Of a stretch of 64,000 nucleotides of DNA, positions 1 to 11,187 are shown one piece after another (positions within the stretch are counted from its first letter, which is position 1; each line of letters starts with the position of its first letter). The notes beneath the pieces are model-generated. The model had not been told where the DNA came from and made no database searches. It saw nothing but the letters and a program-made list of their open reading frames with translations. Origin of the DNA: Eledone cirrhosa. Its lineage: Eukaryota. Both the position numbers and the translations under genes were made by a program. The DNA is taken from assembly GCA_964016885.1 (NCBI GenBank), contig OZ024743.1:4092001-4156000 (forward strand), given 5' to 3'.

Positions 1-1
1 A

Positions 2-3000
2 CCATACTATCTCTTTCGCCATGGCCACCAGACAGATAAAAACTGCCTGCCCTTCCCGGCTAAAGGAGGAGGGCGGGGCAATCCTCACGATAGACTCAGA
101 TGATAGCTGGATCCGTCCTAAACGCGACAGCAGGTGTTCGACATAAACCCACAAGTCAGCAATTTTCGGACACTGGACGAGTGCGTGCAGGACGGTTTCG
201 TCGCCCTGCGCGCATCTCGGACATGCCCGGCTGACGGCACCTCCATGCCTGTAGAGTTTATCCCGAACTGGCAAGGCTCCTCGGTAGCACTGCCAGGCCA
301 GAGATTTCTGGAAGTTGTCCATAGGCCCTGGCCCGAAGGTTCTTCCGAAGAGATTGGCTAGTTGATTTTCGTCGACGCCTAGAGTTTCCCCAAGTACGTC
401 GTCGCTCTTCCCCTCCACTAATCCTCTATAGAACGCCGAGGTGGAGTTTCCACCGATCACATTGCCCGATTGGTCGAGGGCTGTGAGCGCCTGAAGACAT
501 TCCAGTCTCCAGGCGCTCCCTCTCGGTCTTCGCTTGACCCAGGACTGCAGCTCCGTCAAGGAAACGAGCTGGGGAAAAACGCGTCTAGCAAACGGCGACC
601 ACACCTGATCACCGTCGAGGAAGAGGTGGAGATGTCGTAGCCTGAGCGCGTGCCTGCGCATCATCAGCCACGGCATGCCCAGCCCTCCACGTAGCGGGTG
701 TTGACAACAGATGGACCTCCTGACCATCGGAGCACGTCCCTTCCACAAAAAGCGAAAGAGCAAACGCTCCAGCGCAGTCAGGCGAGGCTTAGGACAAGGT
801 ACGACGGTTAGGCGGTAGCAGATGACAGACGCGATGTACGCGTTAGCCACCTCCGCTCGACCTTTCAGGGATAGCTTCCTCTCCGCCCATTTCTGGGTGA
901 GAGAAGCCACCCTGCTCGTCACCTCGTCCCAGTTTTTGTCCGTCTGGAGGTCCGGACCGAACCAGACCCCTAGCAATTTAACCGGTCCGTCCGTCCAGCG
1001 CCCGACGACGCTGTTGGACGGCATGGACCTGCCTCTCCAGGTGCCGAGCTGCAGGCCCACTGACTTTTCCTGGTTGATCATTGCTCCTGTCACCGCTTCG
1101 TATTCTCTTAGTGTAGTGCCGATCGCCTCGATGTGTTTGGCGTTCGACACCACTACGGTGACATCGTCCGCATATGCTGACACGGATCTTCCGCATCCTA
1201 GTTCGCGCGGGACTCCCCTCAACGTCTCCAGTTTGTGCAGTAATGGCTCGAGAGTCAATACGTACAAGAGGGACGAGAGGGGACATCCTTGGCGGACCGA
1301 GCGCATGATGTTGAACGGTTCCGACAGGTGACCGTTCACTCTCACCACAGAGCAGATGTCGCTGTGCATGGCAGCGATCCAGCCTCTGAAGACGGGCCCA
1401 AAGCCAGCCGCCCTCAGGACTGCCGCTAGGTAACGATGGTCGACCCTATCGAAAGCTTTCGACTGATCTAAATTGATCAAGGACCCACCCGTGCCAGGTT
1501 CCCTAGCTACCCTCTCTACGATGTATCGCATGAGGTGGAGGTTGTCGTGGATGGATCTGTCGGGAATGGCGCATGTCTGCGCCTCTCCCACCAGACCACC
1601 AACGACAAGCGCCAACCTCTTTGCTAGCACCTTGGCCAAAATCTTAAACTCTGTGTTTAGCAGAGTTATGGGCCGGAAATTGTCTATGTTATCCCCCTTG
1701 TTCGGATCCTTTCTCAGCAGTGCCACCGCTCCTCGGCTCACAGAACTGGGAATTCTCCCGTTCTGTTGCCAGTTGCAGTAGACGTCCGCCAAGAGGCCTC
1801 CGAACAAGTCTGGCATCTGTACGTAAAGTTCATAGGGCAGACCATCCAAACCAGGCGATTTACCCCTTGTGCAGCCAGTCATTGCCTCCCTTACTTCAGC
1901 GGCTGTTATCGGCTTTTCGCAACACTTCGCCTCAGTGGCCGAGAGCCGCGGCAGTCCGTCGAGGTAGACACTAAAGTCCATCCCTCTACCCGGCCCCCCG
2001 CTGCCCCCGAACAGCTGAGCGAAGTGTCGCTGAAAAGCTTCACACATTTGCCCGGGATCGAGTAGCATGCGCCCGTCGTGGTCCACCAAAGACCGGATCG
2101 TGGCTTTGTTGCCACGACGCGCCTCCGCCACTCGGGCCCATTGAACGGCTTTCGTCCCCTCGTGTCTGAGAGCACGCACCCTAGCTCTGACAACGCAGCC
2201 TTCGTGCTTTGCATTGAAGAATTGGTCAAGGGCCAATTTCGCCGCAAGCACGTCGGTCGCAATGCCTTTGCTAAGCGCCTCGTCTAATTTTCTAACTAGT
2301 TCTCCCTCTGCTCTATTTTTCTCTATTGCTAAAGCCTTACTAAACCTAATCGATTCTATTCTAATCGCTCTTTTCAGAGCAAACCACCACTTGTTGTTGA
2401 CGATGGCCCCCGTCAACGCCCGCTTAACTAGTTCGCTAATCCGGTCTCTGTAGGCCTTGCGCGCTGGTAAGGACGCGTTTAGCTTCCAGTAGCCGGGTCC
2501 TCGTCTATGAAGCCTATCTAAGTCAAGCACACAGATCACGAATTTGTGGTCCGTGTAGCTGACTATCTTGAATTGTGGACAGCCTATGCTAGACCTATCT
2601 ATTTCCCTACAAAATACTCTATCTAGATATGATCTGGATGACCCTATGCGGTTTGTCCAAGTCCACATTGGCACATTCGGGAAATCCAATCGGTACCTGT
2701 CAGACAGTTCAAAACGCCTGAGCAGGTTGGTGAGGCTCTTGCACCCTCCACCCCTATCCGCTAATCCCACACAGTCCCAGCGTGCATCTAAGATCCCGTT
2801 CCAGTCGCCCACTAACACTAAAGAGCGCGACGTTCCAAGAAAGGTCTCCAGACGCCGGAAGAAATCAGGCCGCCCTGCTCCTGTCGGGGCATAGACGGCC
2901 ACTAGCCTGAAAGCTTGCCCGTCTCCGCTGGTCACGTCCAGCACCACCAGCTTACCCTCTGGGTCCAGGAAGATGGCCCGTATGGCGAGATCCAAACCTC

Positions 3001-3226
3001 TCCGAAAAAGCACAGCAACTCCTCCACCCGATCCAGGACGGCTGGGAGATGCGTACACATCGTAGCCGCCGAAGATCGGTGCGAAGGCCCGTGCTTCGGA
3101 GATTCTGGTCTCGCTGATGGCCACTACATCTATGTTTAGTGACCTGAGGTCGTTGAGCAGGTGACCCTGCTTCCATGACGACCCCAAGCCACGCGCATTT
3201 ATGCTGCCTATTCTGAGTGAGGTCAT
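2..3226 (-). CDS. LINE ORF2: APE endonuclease, reverse transcriptase and C-terminal zinc finger (partial, >1070 aa)
   Basis: ATG at 3226 gives MTSLRIGSINARGL...VVAISETR (APE). LINLDQSKAFDRV (about 1480-1442) and the left-edge AVFICLVAMAKEIVW were checked to be in that frame. VRQGCPLS, AYADDV and CPRCAQGDETVLHALVQC lie between. Probably absent from the ORF track because no stop occurs before the edge. Confidence 0.9.
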   Translation of the reverse strand, partial: MTSLRIGSINARGLGSSWKQGHLLNDLRSLNIDVVAISETRISEARAFAPIFGGYDVYASPSRPGSGGGVAVLFRRGLDLAIRAIFLDPEGKLVVLDVTSGDGQAFRLVAVYAPTGAGRPDFFRRLETFLGTSRSLVLVGDWNGILDARWDCVGLADRGGGCKSLTNLLRRFELSDRYRLDFPNVPMWTWTNRIGSSRSYLDRVFCREIDRSSIGCPQFKIVSYTDHKFVICVLDLDRLHRRGPGYWKLNASLPARKAYRDRISELVKRALTGAIVNNKWWFALKRAIRIESIRFSKALAIEKNRAEGELVRKLDEALSKGIATDVLAAKLALDQFFNAKHEGCVVRARVRALRHEGTKAVQWARVAEARRGNKATIRSLVDHDGRMLLDPGQMCEAFQRHFAQLFGGSGGPGRGMDFSVYLDGLPRLSATEAKCCEKPITAAEVREAMTGCTRGKSPGLDGLPYELYVQMPDLFGGLLADVYCNWQQNGRIPSSVSRGAVALLRKDPNKGDNIDNFRPITLLNTEFKILAKVLAKRLALVVGGLVGEAQTCAIPDRSIHDNLHLMRYIVERVAREPGTGGSLINLDQSKAFDRVDHRYLAAVLRAAGFGPVFRGWIAAMHSDICSVVRVNGHLSEPFNIMRSVRQGCPLSSLLYVLTLEPLLHKLETLRGVPRELGCGRSVSAYADDVTVVVSNAKHIEAIGTTLREYEAVTGAMINQEKSVGLQLGTWRGRSMPSNSVVGRWTDGPVKLLGVWFGPDLQTDKNWDEVTSRVASLTQKWAERKLSLKGRAEVANAYIASVICYRLTVVPCPKPRLTALERLLFRFLWKGRAPMVRRSICCQHPLRGGLGMPWLMMRRHALRLRHLHLFLDGDQVWSPFARRVFPQLVSLTELQSWVKRRPRGSAWRLECLQALTALDQSGNVIGGNSTSAFYRGLVEGKSDDVLGETLGVDENQLANLFGRTFGPGPMDNFQKSLAWQCYRGALPVRDKLYRHGGAVSRACPRCAQGDETVLHALVQCPKIADLWVYVEHLLSRLGRIQLSSESIVRIAPPSSFSREGQAVFICLVAMAKEIVW

Positions 3227-3261
3227 GTTTAAAATAGAGTGGAAAAGATGGGAAAGACCAC

Positions 3262-5397
3262 TTACCGTATTTTTGGTAGAGGAGGGATGGTTTTTACATC
3301 CCTTTTCACTTGATCGTCTGGTGAAGGGACCGTTGAATCGTCCCTTCGGCTGGTCGTCGGCTCTTCTAAGAGAATGTCTGAATATACTCTTCGATTAATG
3401 GTTCCTCCTAGGTCCCTGAAATCACCAACTGCGTTGGGGAATTTCGTTTTAATGTTTGTGTATTGTTTCTGTGCTATTTTTAGCAGTCTTATGTTAGTTG
3501 GCGTTTTGATTGGTGCTGGTATTATGTAGTCCTGTTGTGAAATGTCTGTGTGTTCAATTATGTAAGTCATTAGTTTCTTGTTGTGTGTGTTTATTGCCGT
3601 GCATTTGTTTTTCTGGGGGTGGGGTGTGGTTCTGCTATTTTCTTGTCGTTGTTGCTGGGTGTGTGTGTTTTGTTGTTGTGTTTGCGATGTTGGTGCTTGT
3701 GGTGGTGGTGTTGAAGGTGTTGTTGGCGGTGGGGTTGTCGCCGGTGGTGATGGTGGTGCTGGTGTGGGTGGTGATGGTGTTGGTGGTGTTGCTGCTGTGG
3801 GTCTCTTTGCAGTAGACTTTACCCTTTTCTCATTTCTTTCCTCCCTTTTCAAAGGCGACGATGCGCTGCTTCTGCGTTTGTGCCTTCTTGAGACCTTTTG
3901 CCATCCCTCTCCCACCTCACACTCCATGTCTGATTCTGTAAGGTCGGGGAGGGGTACCAGCTCCACTCTTTCACTTGTTGTTGTTGGTGATGTTTGCACT
4001 GGAGTCTCTGTTGCAGCTGCATTTGGTATTGCTGTTGTTGTTGTTAATATTTCCACTGCTGCTGCTGTCTTTGATTTCCGTGGAGTGGGTATGGGTGCCA
4101 CGGACCTATCGTTCCTGGTTGCCGCTTGTCCTGTTGCTGGTAGCCGTGGAACCGGATTCGGGAGGAGGGGGGTTTTCTCCTTTCTCAGGGTCTTCTCGTT
4201 GCAGAAGGCCCTGAGGTGAGTCTTCGATCCACAGCGAAAGCATTTCGGGCGTTTGCCCTCAACACTTATGGGCAGTTGAGTGCCGTTATCGAAGTCTATC
4301 ACATCCGGGATAGCTTCGATGCACTCCTGGTTGGTTTGGATTAGCATCTCAATGGAGGAGCCGACCCAATCTTCTCTTACTTTTTTCTGTACTTGCAGTA
4401 CAGTTGTTTTGTCCTCGATTCCGACGAGGACAGACGCGGCCAGCCAAGAAGGGGTCATTCCGGGGGGGACGTGGGTCAGTTTGACCCTCACAATTTTTTG
4501 CCCGCAGTAGGAGGGCACCAACACCATTTCCTCGCTCCTTAGGGTCACTACTGATTGGGCCTTTGCCTCCTGGGGTGTGGCAAAAAGTACGTCTACGGTG
4601 GCGTATTTTTTGCCTCGGGTGATGTGCGTTTTCCTCTGCCACACAGACCCCAAGGCTTTTTGTATTTGGGCCTCTGTGGCTCTTTCCACCCTACGGGATT
4701 TTGTACTTACTGTACGGTACGTGACCGTACAGTGCTCTTGGGTTTCGAAAAAATTTTTCGCTGCCTTGCAGATTGCTCGGTGTCCGTTCTTTGTCACCAT
4801 CTTCTTCGCTTCCTCTAATTCCTCATTTGTTATGAGGATTGTTTCCAGGTTTTTCGCAATACCTGCAAATGAGATTGGTTTTTCTCTGCTGTTGTTGTTG
4901 TCGTCAGAGCTGCTGGTACTTTTGTTGTTGCTGCAGGTACTACGACTACTGCCTCCGCCGCTGTTGCTGTGGTTGTTGTTGGTGTTGCTGCTGCTAATGC
5001 TGTTGTTGTTTATGCTGCTGGTGATGCTGTTGCGGCTGCTACTGTTGTTTTCATTGTCACTGTTGCTGTTGTTATTACGGCTGCTACTGCTATTATTCCT
5101 GACGTCAGACGAATGAACTGGGTTTTCGTATTTCCCGCACACCTGTTTCGTCGCTGTCGTCGTCGTCGTGGAGAAACCTTGCACGCTTTGCACGAGACTT
5201 TTCTTTTCTTTCGTCGCTTGCGAAAGAGAAGGTAGGGAGAGAGACACATTTAAAGAAGGGAGGGAGAGAGACAATCTTCTCTCTCCTGTAGTGATGATTG
5301 AGGAAGAAGAAGACGGAATGAGTGGGAGTGACGTATGAAATTTTTTTTTTTTTTTGGTAGCCATGTTTTTTTGTTTAAAATGAAATTTTGGGTACAA
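3262..5397 (-). CDS. LINE ORF1 (gag-like nucleic-acid-binding protein)
   Basis: 711-aa ORF directly upstream of ORF2; CCHC knuckle CFRCGSKTHLRAFC; S/N- and P/T-rich tracts; probable start ATG at 5364 (MATKKK). Confidence 0.85.
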   Translation of the reverse strand: MYPKFHFKQKNMATKKKKKFHTSLPLIPSSSSSIITTGERRLSLSLPSLNVSLSLPSLSQATKEKKSLVQSVQGFSTTTTTATKQVCGKYENPVHSSDVRNNSSSSRNNNSNSDNENNSSSRNSITSSINNNSISSSNTNNNHSNSGGGSSRSTCSNNKSTSSSDDNNNSREKPISFAGIAKNLETILITNEELEEAKKMVTKNGHRAICKAAKNFFETQEHCTVTYRTVSTKSRRVERATEAQIQKALGSVWQRKTHITRGKKYATVDVLFATPQEAKAQSVVTLRSEEMVLVPSYCGQKIVRVKLTHVPPGMTPSWLAASVLVGIEDKTTVLQVQKKVREDWVGSSIEMLIQTNQECIEAIPDVIDFDNGTQLPISVEGKRPKCFRCGSKTHLRAFCNEKTLRKEKTPLLPNPVPRLPATGQAATRNDRSVAPIPTPRKSKTAAAVEILTTTTAIPNAAATETPVQTSPTTTSERVELVPLPDLTESDMECEVGEGWQKVSRRHKRRSSASSPLKREERNEKRVKSTAKRPTAATPPTPSPPTPAPPSPPATTPPPTTPSTPPPQAPTSQTQQQNTHTQQQRQENSRTTPHPQKNKCTAINTHNKKLMTYIIEHTDISQQDYIIPAPIKTPTNIRLLKIAQKQYTNIKTKFPNAVGDFRDLGGTINRRVYSDILLEEPTTSRRDDSTVPSPDDQVKRDVKTIPPLPKIR

Positions 5398-5603
5398 AAC
5401 CCCAATAACTGGCTATTTAACCCCGAAGGGCCAAATAACGGACAGAAAGACCCCTCTCACGAGGAGGAGGGTGTCTTTATCAACAATTTGGTTCAAGTTT
5501 TAAACAATTTACAATTGTTTTAACGGTTAAAAATTACTATACCTTACAGAGCCGAGCCTCCGTCAACCATGGCATTCAATAATAATAATAATAATAATAA
5601 TAA

Positions 5604-8395
5604 GTTCAATAGTTTCAATAATGAGTTCAATAGAAGCAATAGTTTCAACAAAAGAATCTCTGAAACAAAAAGTCCAAGTAAAAGCCCAACGAATTCGTAG
5701 ATTCGAGAAGCGAAACAACTTCTACAGGCAAAATAAGTTGTTCTCATCCAATGCCAAGTCATTTTATAGAGAAGTAGGGAAGAAAAAAATAATTATTGAA
5801 GAATTTGAAAACTTCTGGAGTAAGATTTGGAGTGATGAGAAGACATATAATACTAATGTAGATTGGATTAGTCGCCTAGAAAAATCCTACACAAATTTAG
5901 AAGAACAGGCGTGAGAAGACATCTCTATAGCGGACTTAAGGACAGCACTCAATAAATCTCATAAATGGAAATCTCCTGGTAGAGACAGGGTGCCACATTT
6001 CTGGCTTTCCTCACTCCCGTGCACTCACAATATATGGGTCAAGCTGTTTAATAGAATTATGAAAGATCCCCAAAATACACCTGATTGGATAGCAAGTGGC
6101 ATTACCTACCTTCTACCAAAGAACAACGAAACCAAAGACCCAAAAAACTATCGGCCCATAACCTGCTTGTCCACCACTTATAAACTATTAACCTCTATTA
6201 ACCTCTACTCTCATGGAAAAAGCATACGTGTTTTTGGAGGAGAACAATCATTTCCCCATTGAGCAGAAACGGTGCCGATGAGGTTCATATGATTGCAAAG
6301 ATCAACTTTTGATTAATCGTATGATCCTTGAGAACTGTCATAATAAACACAGAAATGTCAGTTCTGCATGGATCGATTATAAAAAAGCCTTTGACATCAT
6401 ACTACACTCATGGATTCTGAAATCACTGGACATCTTCAAAATCTCACCTGTGATCTCAAACTTCCTGAAACACAATATGTCATTATGGAACATAAATCTC
6501 CAATTGTCTCATTCCACTGGGGTACTGTGCTCTAGGAATATAAACATCAACTGTGACACACTTTCACCCTTGCTTTTCTGCGTAGCTTTAATTCCCCTTA
6601 CATCCGAACTTAATAGAACAGGGTACGGTTATAGAATTGGCAACAACAAAAATAAGCCACCTATTTTATATGGATGATTTGAAGCTATATTGCAAAGATA
6701 ATGACGAACTGGAAGACCTTTTGCGGACAGTAAAAACGTTTAGCGATGACATCAGGATGGAGTTTGGACTTGACAAGTGTGCAAAAGCCACTTTCAAGAA
6801 GGGGAAGCATGTCAACTCAGACTCAGTTGAATTGGATGCTGAAACAATCATAAAGGAACTTGAGCAGGAACAAACATATAAATCTTAGGGATTAATGAGG
6901 GCTCTGGCATACAGCATGAAAGTATGAAAGAGAGTATAAGGAAATAATGTTACAGGAGAGTACATGCATTTCTAAGATCAGAACTAAATGCTCGTAACAA
7001 GGTGCTAGCCATAAATTCCTTGGCAGTCCCAGTTGTCACTTATAGCTTCGGTGTGTTGAACTGGAATATGAGTGAAATCAAAAGTATCGACACCAAAGTC
7101 CGTAAGCTACTGACCTGTAATAGGATGCACCACCAAAAAGCAGATGTGGATCATCTTTACCTTCCTAGAACTGAAGAAGGAGGCCGTGGCCTGATCCAAT
7201 TTGAACTTGTTTACAAGACCACCATCATTGGACTGGCCAAATACCTTGAAACAACTAACGACTGTATGCTGAAACTTGTTGAAAAGCATGAGAGAAGTAA
7301 GTTCATTCTATCTTGAAGGAGAGCAACAAATATGCTATTGATCTCATGCTTCATATCCAGGCTGGACAGATTAAAGAAATTGTTGCAACTGATGCTGCTA
7401 GGCACATAAAATCACTGGCAAAAGCAAAAGAGCAATGACAATTAGCATCAAATTGGGAGCAGAAACCTCTGCTAGGCAAATATGTAGCCCGTAGCAAACA
7501 AACTGATGTTGACCAAACGGACACCCATCAGTGGCTACGTAGTTCAGGGCTAAAGACAGAGAGTGAAGGCTTCATCTTAGCTGCCCAAGATCAAAGCTTA
7601 TTGACTCGTAATTAACAGGCCAATGTGATGAGAAACGGAATAAACCCAAAGTGCCGATTCTGCAATGCTGAGGTTGAAACAGTGGAACACTTAGTCTCTG
7701 GATGTAAAGTTTTAGCACCAGTAGAATACAAATATAGACATGACAGAGTTGGCCAATATCTACACTGGGTAATATGTCAGCATTACAAAATCAAAGCTGA
7801 AGACAAGTGGTACAATCATCACCCTGAGGCTGTAACTGAATGAGAACAAGTAACAATTCTCTGGGACTTTCCTGTACATACTGACAGGACCATAAAAGCA
7901 AATAGACCTGACATCATTGTAAAATATCAACATAACAAGGTCTGTTTATTGATAGATATGAGCATCCCATGTGATCACAATATCGCGGCAAAAGAATTTG
8001 ACAAGCTACGAAAATATAAATATCTGCTTATTGAAATTGAGAAAATGTGGCGCCTCAAGGCTGTTACAATACCAGTCATTGTGGGAGGACTGGGAATGAT
8101 CAAGAAAGGAACAGCACGATATTTGCGAATGATTCCTGGTTTACCCTCTCTGCACGAGGTGCAAAAAAAGTTTTGACTGGTACTGCACAGGTATTGAGAA
8201 GAGCACTACCTCTGTAAGATTGATATCCCTCCTTGTATTTACATATGCATATGCACATGTGTATATATGTATACTGTTTTTTGTTGTTGTTTAAATTATA
8301 ATCAATGTGCTGCATTAACTGGCTTACCAATGCACACTGTGAATTTATATGCCCTAGGTGTCGGGAAGACACTCAGCATATATCTCAGAAACAAT
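5604..8395 (+). mobile_element. 5'-truncated, decayed R4/Dong-type (RLE) LINE
   Basis: Broken frames give NYRPITCLS, WIDYKKAFD, LSPLLF, HLFYMDDLKLY, FGLDKC, CRFC..ETVEHLVSGC..RHD, RPDI and IDMSIP..KE..K..KY. (AAT)n-type sequence on both sides. Confidence 0.88.
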
Positions 8396-8424
8396 AATGA
8401 AAGAAAATAAAAATAATAATAATA

Positions 8425-8618
8425 ATAATTGTTTCTATTTCAAGCACAAGGTCAACAATTTTTGGGGGGAGAGGAAAGTCGATTAAATAGACTCCAGTGC
8501 ATGACTGGTACTTTATTTTGTCGATCCCGTAAGAATGAAAGGCAAAGCAAAGGGACTTAACTACGCCACGAAGCATGGTATCCGAGACTCTGTCGATACT
8601 GCCAATTGCCCACCCCAT
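8425..8618 (-). mobile_element. tRNA-derived SINE (family 1)
   Basis: Shares the tttgcctttcat.cttacggg.tcga.aaaataaagtaccagt core and (ATT)n tail with many copies in the window. Confidence 0.75.
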
Positions 8619-8659
8619 AATGGTTATAATAATTATGTTTGTAAGGTATATAACATCAA

Positions 8660-9520
8660 TGACAACAAAAAATGAAGGACATGATAAGATCTGAATTCAT
8701 AAGGAGAGTAGGAAAAATACTAAAATCTCATCTGAATAGTAGGAATGCCATGTGCAATACATTCCGGAGCTGTGTTTATCATTAGTTACATTGCGGAAAT
8801 TCTTAAATGGAATATAAACGAGCAAAATGAACTGGATAAAAAGTCAAGGAAAGTCATGACTACCTACAGTATATTTCATAAGAATGGTGATGGTGATAGA
8901 CTTAAAGAGAGCTGAAGGCGGAAGTGGTCTTATCAGCGTGGAGACTGTGTTCAAATGGAGAAGTGTTGTTTACACAAACATGTATCTAAGACAATGAGCC
9001 AATGCTTAAGGGTGTATTGAAGGAGTAGATAATAGCCCAGGGGATATTCAAGAAAGAAGTAACGACAAAGAAGAAGAACATCCCGAATGAAAAAGCTCTT
9101 CACTGCATCTTCTTGAAGAAAACAGAATTCAGAGATCTGCAGAAATGGGACTAGTTAGAGAAGTGGTATGAGCATAAGCCAGAGTCGGTGATAAAAACGA
9201 TCGGGTGAGGATGTGGGATATCAGATGCAAACAGATACAAAATTAGAACACAATAGGCCTGACTTGCTGGTTTCTGACATGGAAAAAATATATTGCTTGA
9301 TTATAAATGTAACTTGTACTTTGGCACAAGAGTACAAGAAAAAAAGCGGGGAAAAATTAACCGGTATCAGGATTTAAAGTGGGAACTGAAATTGGTTTGG
9401 GACTGTCATGATATCAAGGACGTCCTCATCATCATAGTAGCACTAGGTAGTGTCTCGAAGAGATTCCAAGGCTGGATAAAGACCATTATCCCAGTCGTCG
9501 GTTTTGTAAAACTTCATAAA
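8660..9520 (+). mobile_element. Older R4/Dong-type LINE 3' fragment
   Basis: Degenerate RKILKSHLNSRN, EGGSGL, HNRPDL and RYQDLKWELKLVW...IIVALG parallel the copy at 5604-8395. Confidence 0.7.
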
Positions 9521-9524
9521 AATT

Positions 9525-10170
9525 ATTGTAATTATTTCTTAATTGGCCTCTAGGGCCGAAACCTGAAAGAGAATACAAAACAAGAACAGTGGCTATGTAC
9601 ATAAAACGTGTAACAAGAGATAACGGGTTACACTTAACAACAACTTAATAACAATAAAATTCCCCTACAAGAGGAGTACCAACTTAGGAACCCCAGAGAT
9701 ACTACACCACCGTAATCTCCAAGAGTACCATCGAAAATGCCCCTCACCTCCCCAAATCCCCCAGCCTACAGGTGCATGATCAGAGTATGCCCATTCACCC
9801 AGGCCACTACAGTGATACTCTTTTTAAAAAAAATGTACTCTGAGTCAGTACTTCCCTCTCCACATTCACCTTCCTTCCCAAATGGAACTTGAAAAAGTTG
9901 ATGAGGGCTTGGCTAAAGAAGAAAGTGCCTCTCTTAAGCCCTTTCCGCCGCATTTACCACGCAACTTAGTTCGCTACAGCCACCAAAAGAATGCGGCGGG
10001 GTGATCTTGACGATAGAGTGGGTCGATATACGTATCAGTCCATCCTACATGTGAAAATAGCTGTTTAAAAAAACTTCACAAATCCGTGGACGAGTGCGTA
10101 CAGAAGGGTTTCATCACTCTGCGTGCATCTAACAGCACTTCTGTGTCTGTGGAGTTTGTTTCGAACCGGT
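9525..10170 (-). mobile_element. Diverged 3' end of a Tx1-like LINE related to the element at 1-5575
   Basis: 10088-10165 aligns by eye with 174-265 (gacgagtgcgt..ag.a.ggtttc.tc). Confidence 0.7.
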
Positions 10171-10189
10171 AATGTTAGTTTCATAAAGT

Positions 10190-10199
10190 GTAGTAGTGC

Positions 10200-10244
<45 letters not shown>

Positions 10245-10276
10245 GCGTCATCTTCGTTGTCGCCGTCGTCGTCATC

Positions 10277-10331
<55 letters not shown>

Positions 10332-10378
10332 CTGTTGTCGCCGTCGTCGTCGTCGTCGTCGTTGTAGTAGTAGTAGTG
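10190..10378. repeat. (AGT)n/(CGT)n trinucleotide microsatellite
   Basis: Directly visible. Confidence 0.97.
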
Positions 10379-10632
10379 CAGGGAAATATACAGTTCTCTA
10401 TAACCAAATTGATGGCCATAACATGAATAAGATTAAAAATAAACACTAATAAGAATATTCAAAGAATTCAATATAAAAATCACAAAAGCCAGAAAACTAA
10501 AAGTCCAAACACCACATCAAATTTAATCATGTCAAATATCGATACTACTGAAAACAAACATCAATAAATCATAAACACACGTTATTTCTACATTTACTAA
10601 ACTTGATTCACATTTATATGTGCAGTTTGTGT

Positions 10633-10710
10633 AATTTTAATCAGTGTGGTATATTTTAATCAGTGTGGTATATTTTAATCAGTGTGGTATATTTTAATCA
10701 GTGTGGTATA
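10633..10710. repeat. 19-bp tandem repeat, 4 copies (attttaatcagtgtggtat)
   Basis: Directly visible. Confidence 0.95.
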
Positions 10711-10769
10711 TCTGTTGCAGCGCTTTTCATTTTGTAATATTCGGAGGAGGATCTAAATGATCTAAATGG

Positions 10770-11187
10770 AGGAGGAACCAATGACATTTTTGGTCTTTTG
10801 TACTGACGACGGTTTTGTATCTATTGTTTTATCTTAATGTTTATGTTTAAAAATAGATGCGTTTCATCATTTAGATTTTCATTTATATTGTCCTGGATAT
10901 TGAATGTTAGTGCGAAATTAATTTCTAGGTTCCCTTTTCTTCCCCAGAATCTTCTGGGATGTCAATTACGAGTATCTCGTCCATATGTAAAATGTATATC
11001 AAATATGTATGTGTTGGTTCCATTTTCGTCTCTATTATAAACATATAGAACACCGCGAACGTAGACCTAAACGAGAACATACATCTGGACTAACCATATG
11101 TTCTCGTTTAGGTCTACGTTCGCGGTGTTCTACATGTTTATAATAGAGACGAAAATGGAACCAACACATACATATTTGATATACATT
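10770..11187 (-). mobile_element. Decayed PLE RT fragment ending in a snap-back inverted repeat
   Basis: Degenerate GLTICSRLG/TFAVFYM..IE (GxAMGSPLGPxLANxFM-like) and MDEILV (YVDD-like); 10992-11187 is a near-perfect palindrome. Confidence 0.6.

Larger units (their letters stand above)
1..5575 (-). mobile_element. L1/Tx1-clade non-LTR retrotransposon with ORF1+ORF2; 3' end runs off the window
   Basis: Two-ORF layout; GC-rich relative to flanks; 5' end abuts an (AAT)n tract at about 5576-5603. Confidence 0.9.

Noticed and set aside
134-5235. Plus-strand ORFs
   Set aside because: Antisense shadows of the Tx1 ORF1 and ORF2.
10123-10449. Poly-S/T/V ORFs
   Set aside because: Trinucleotide repeat artefacts.
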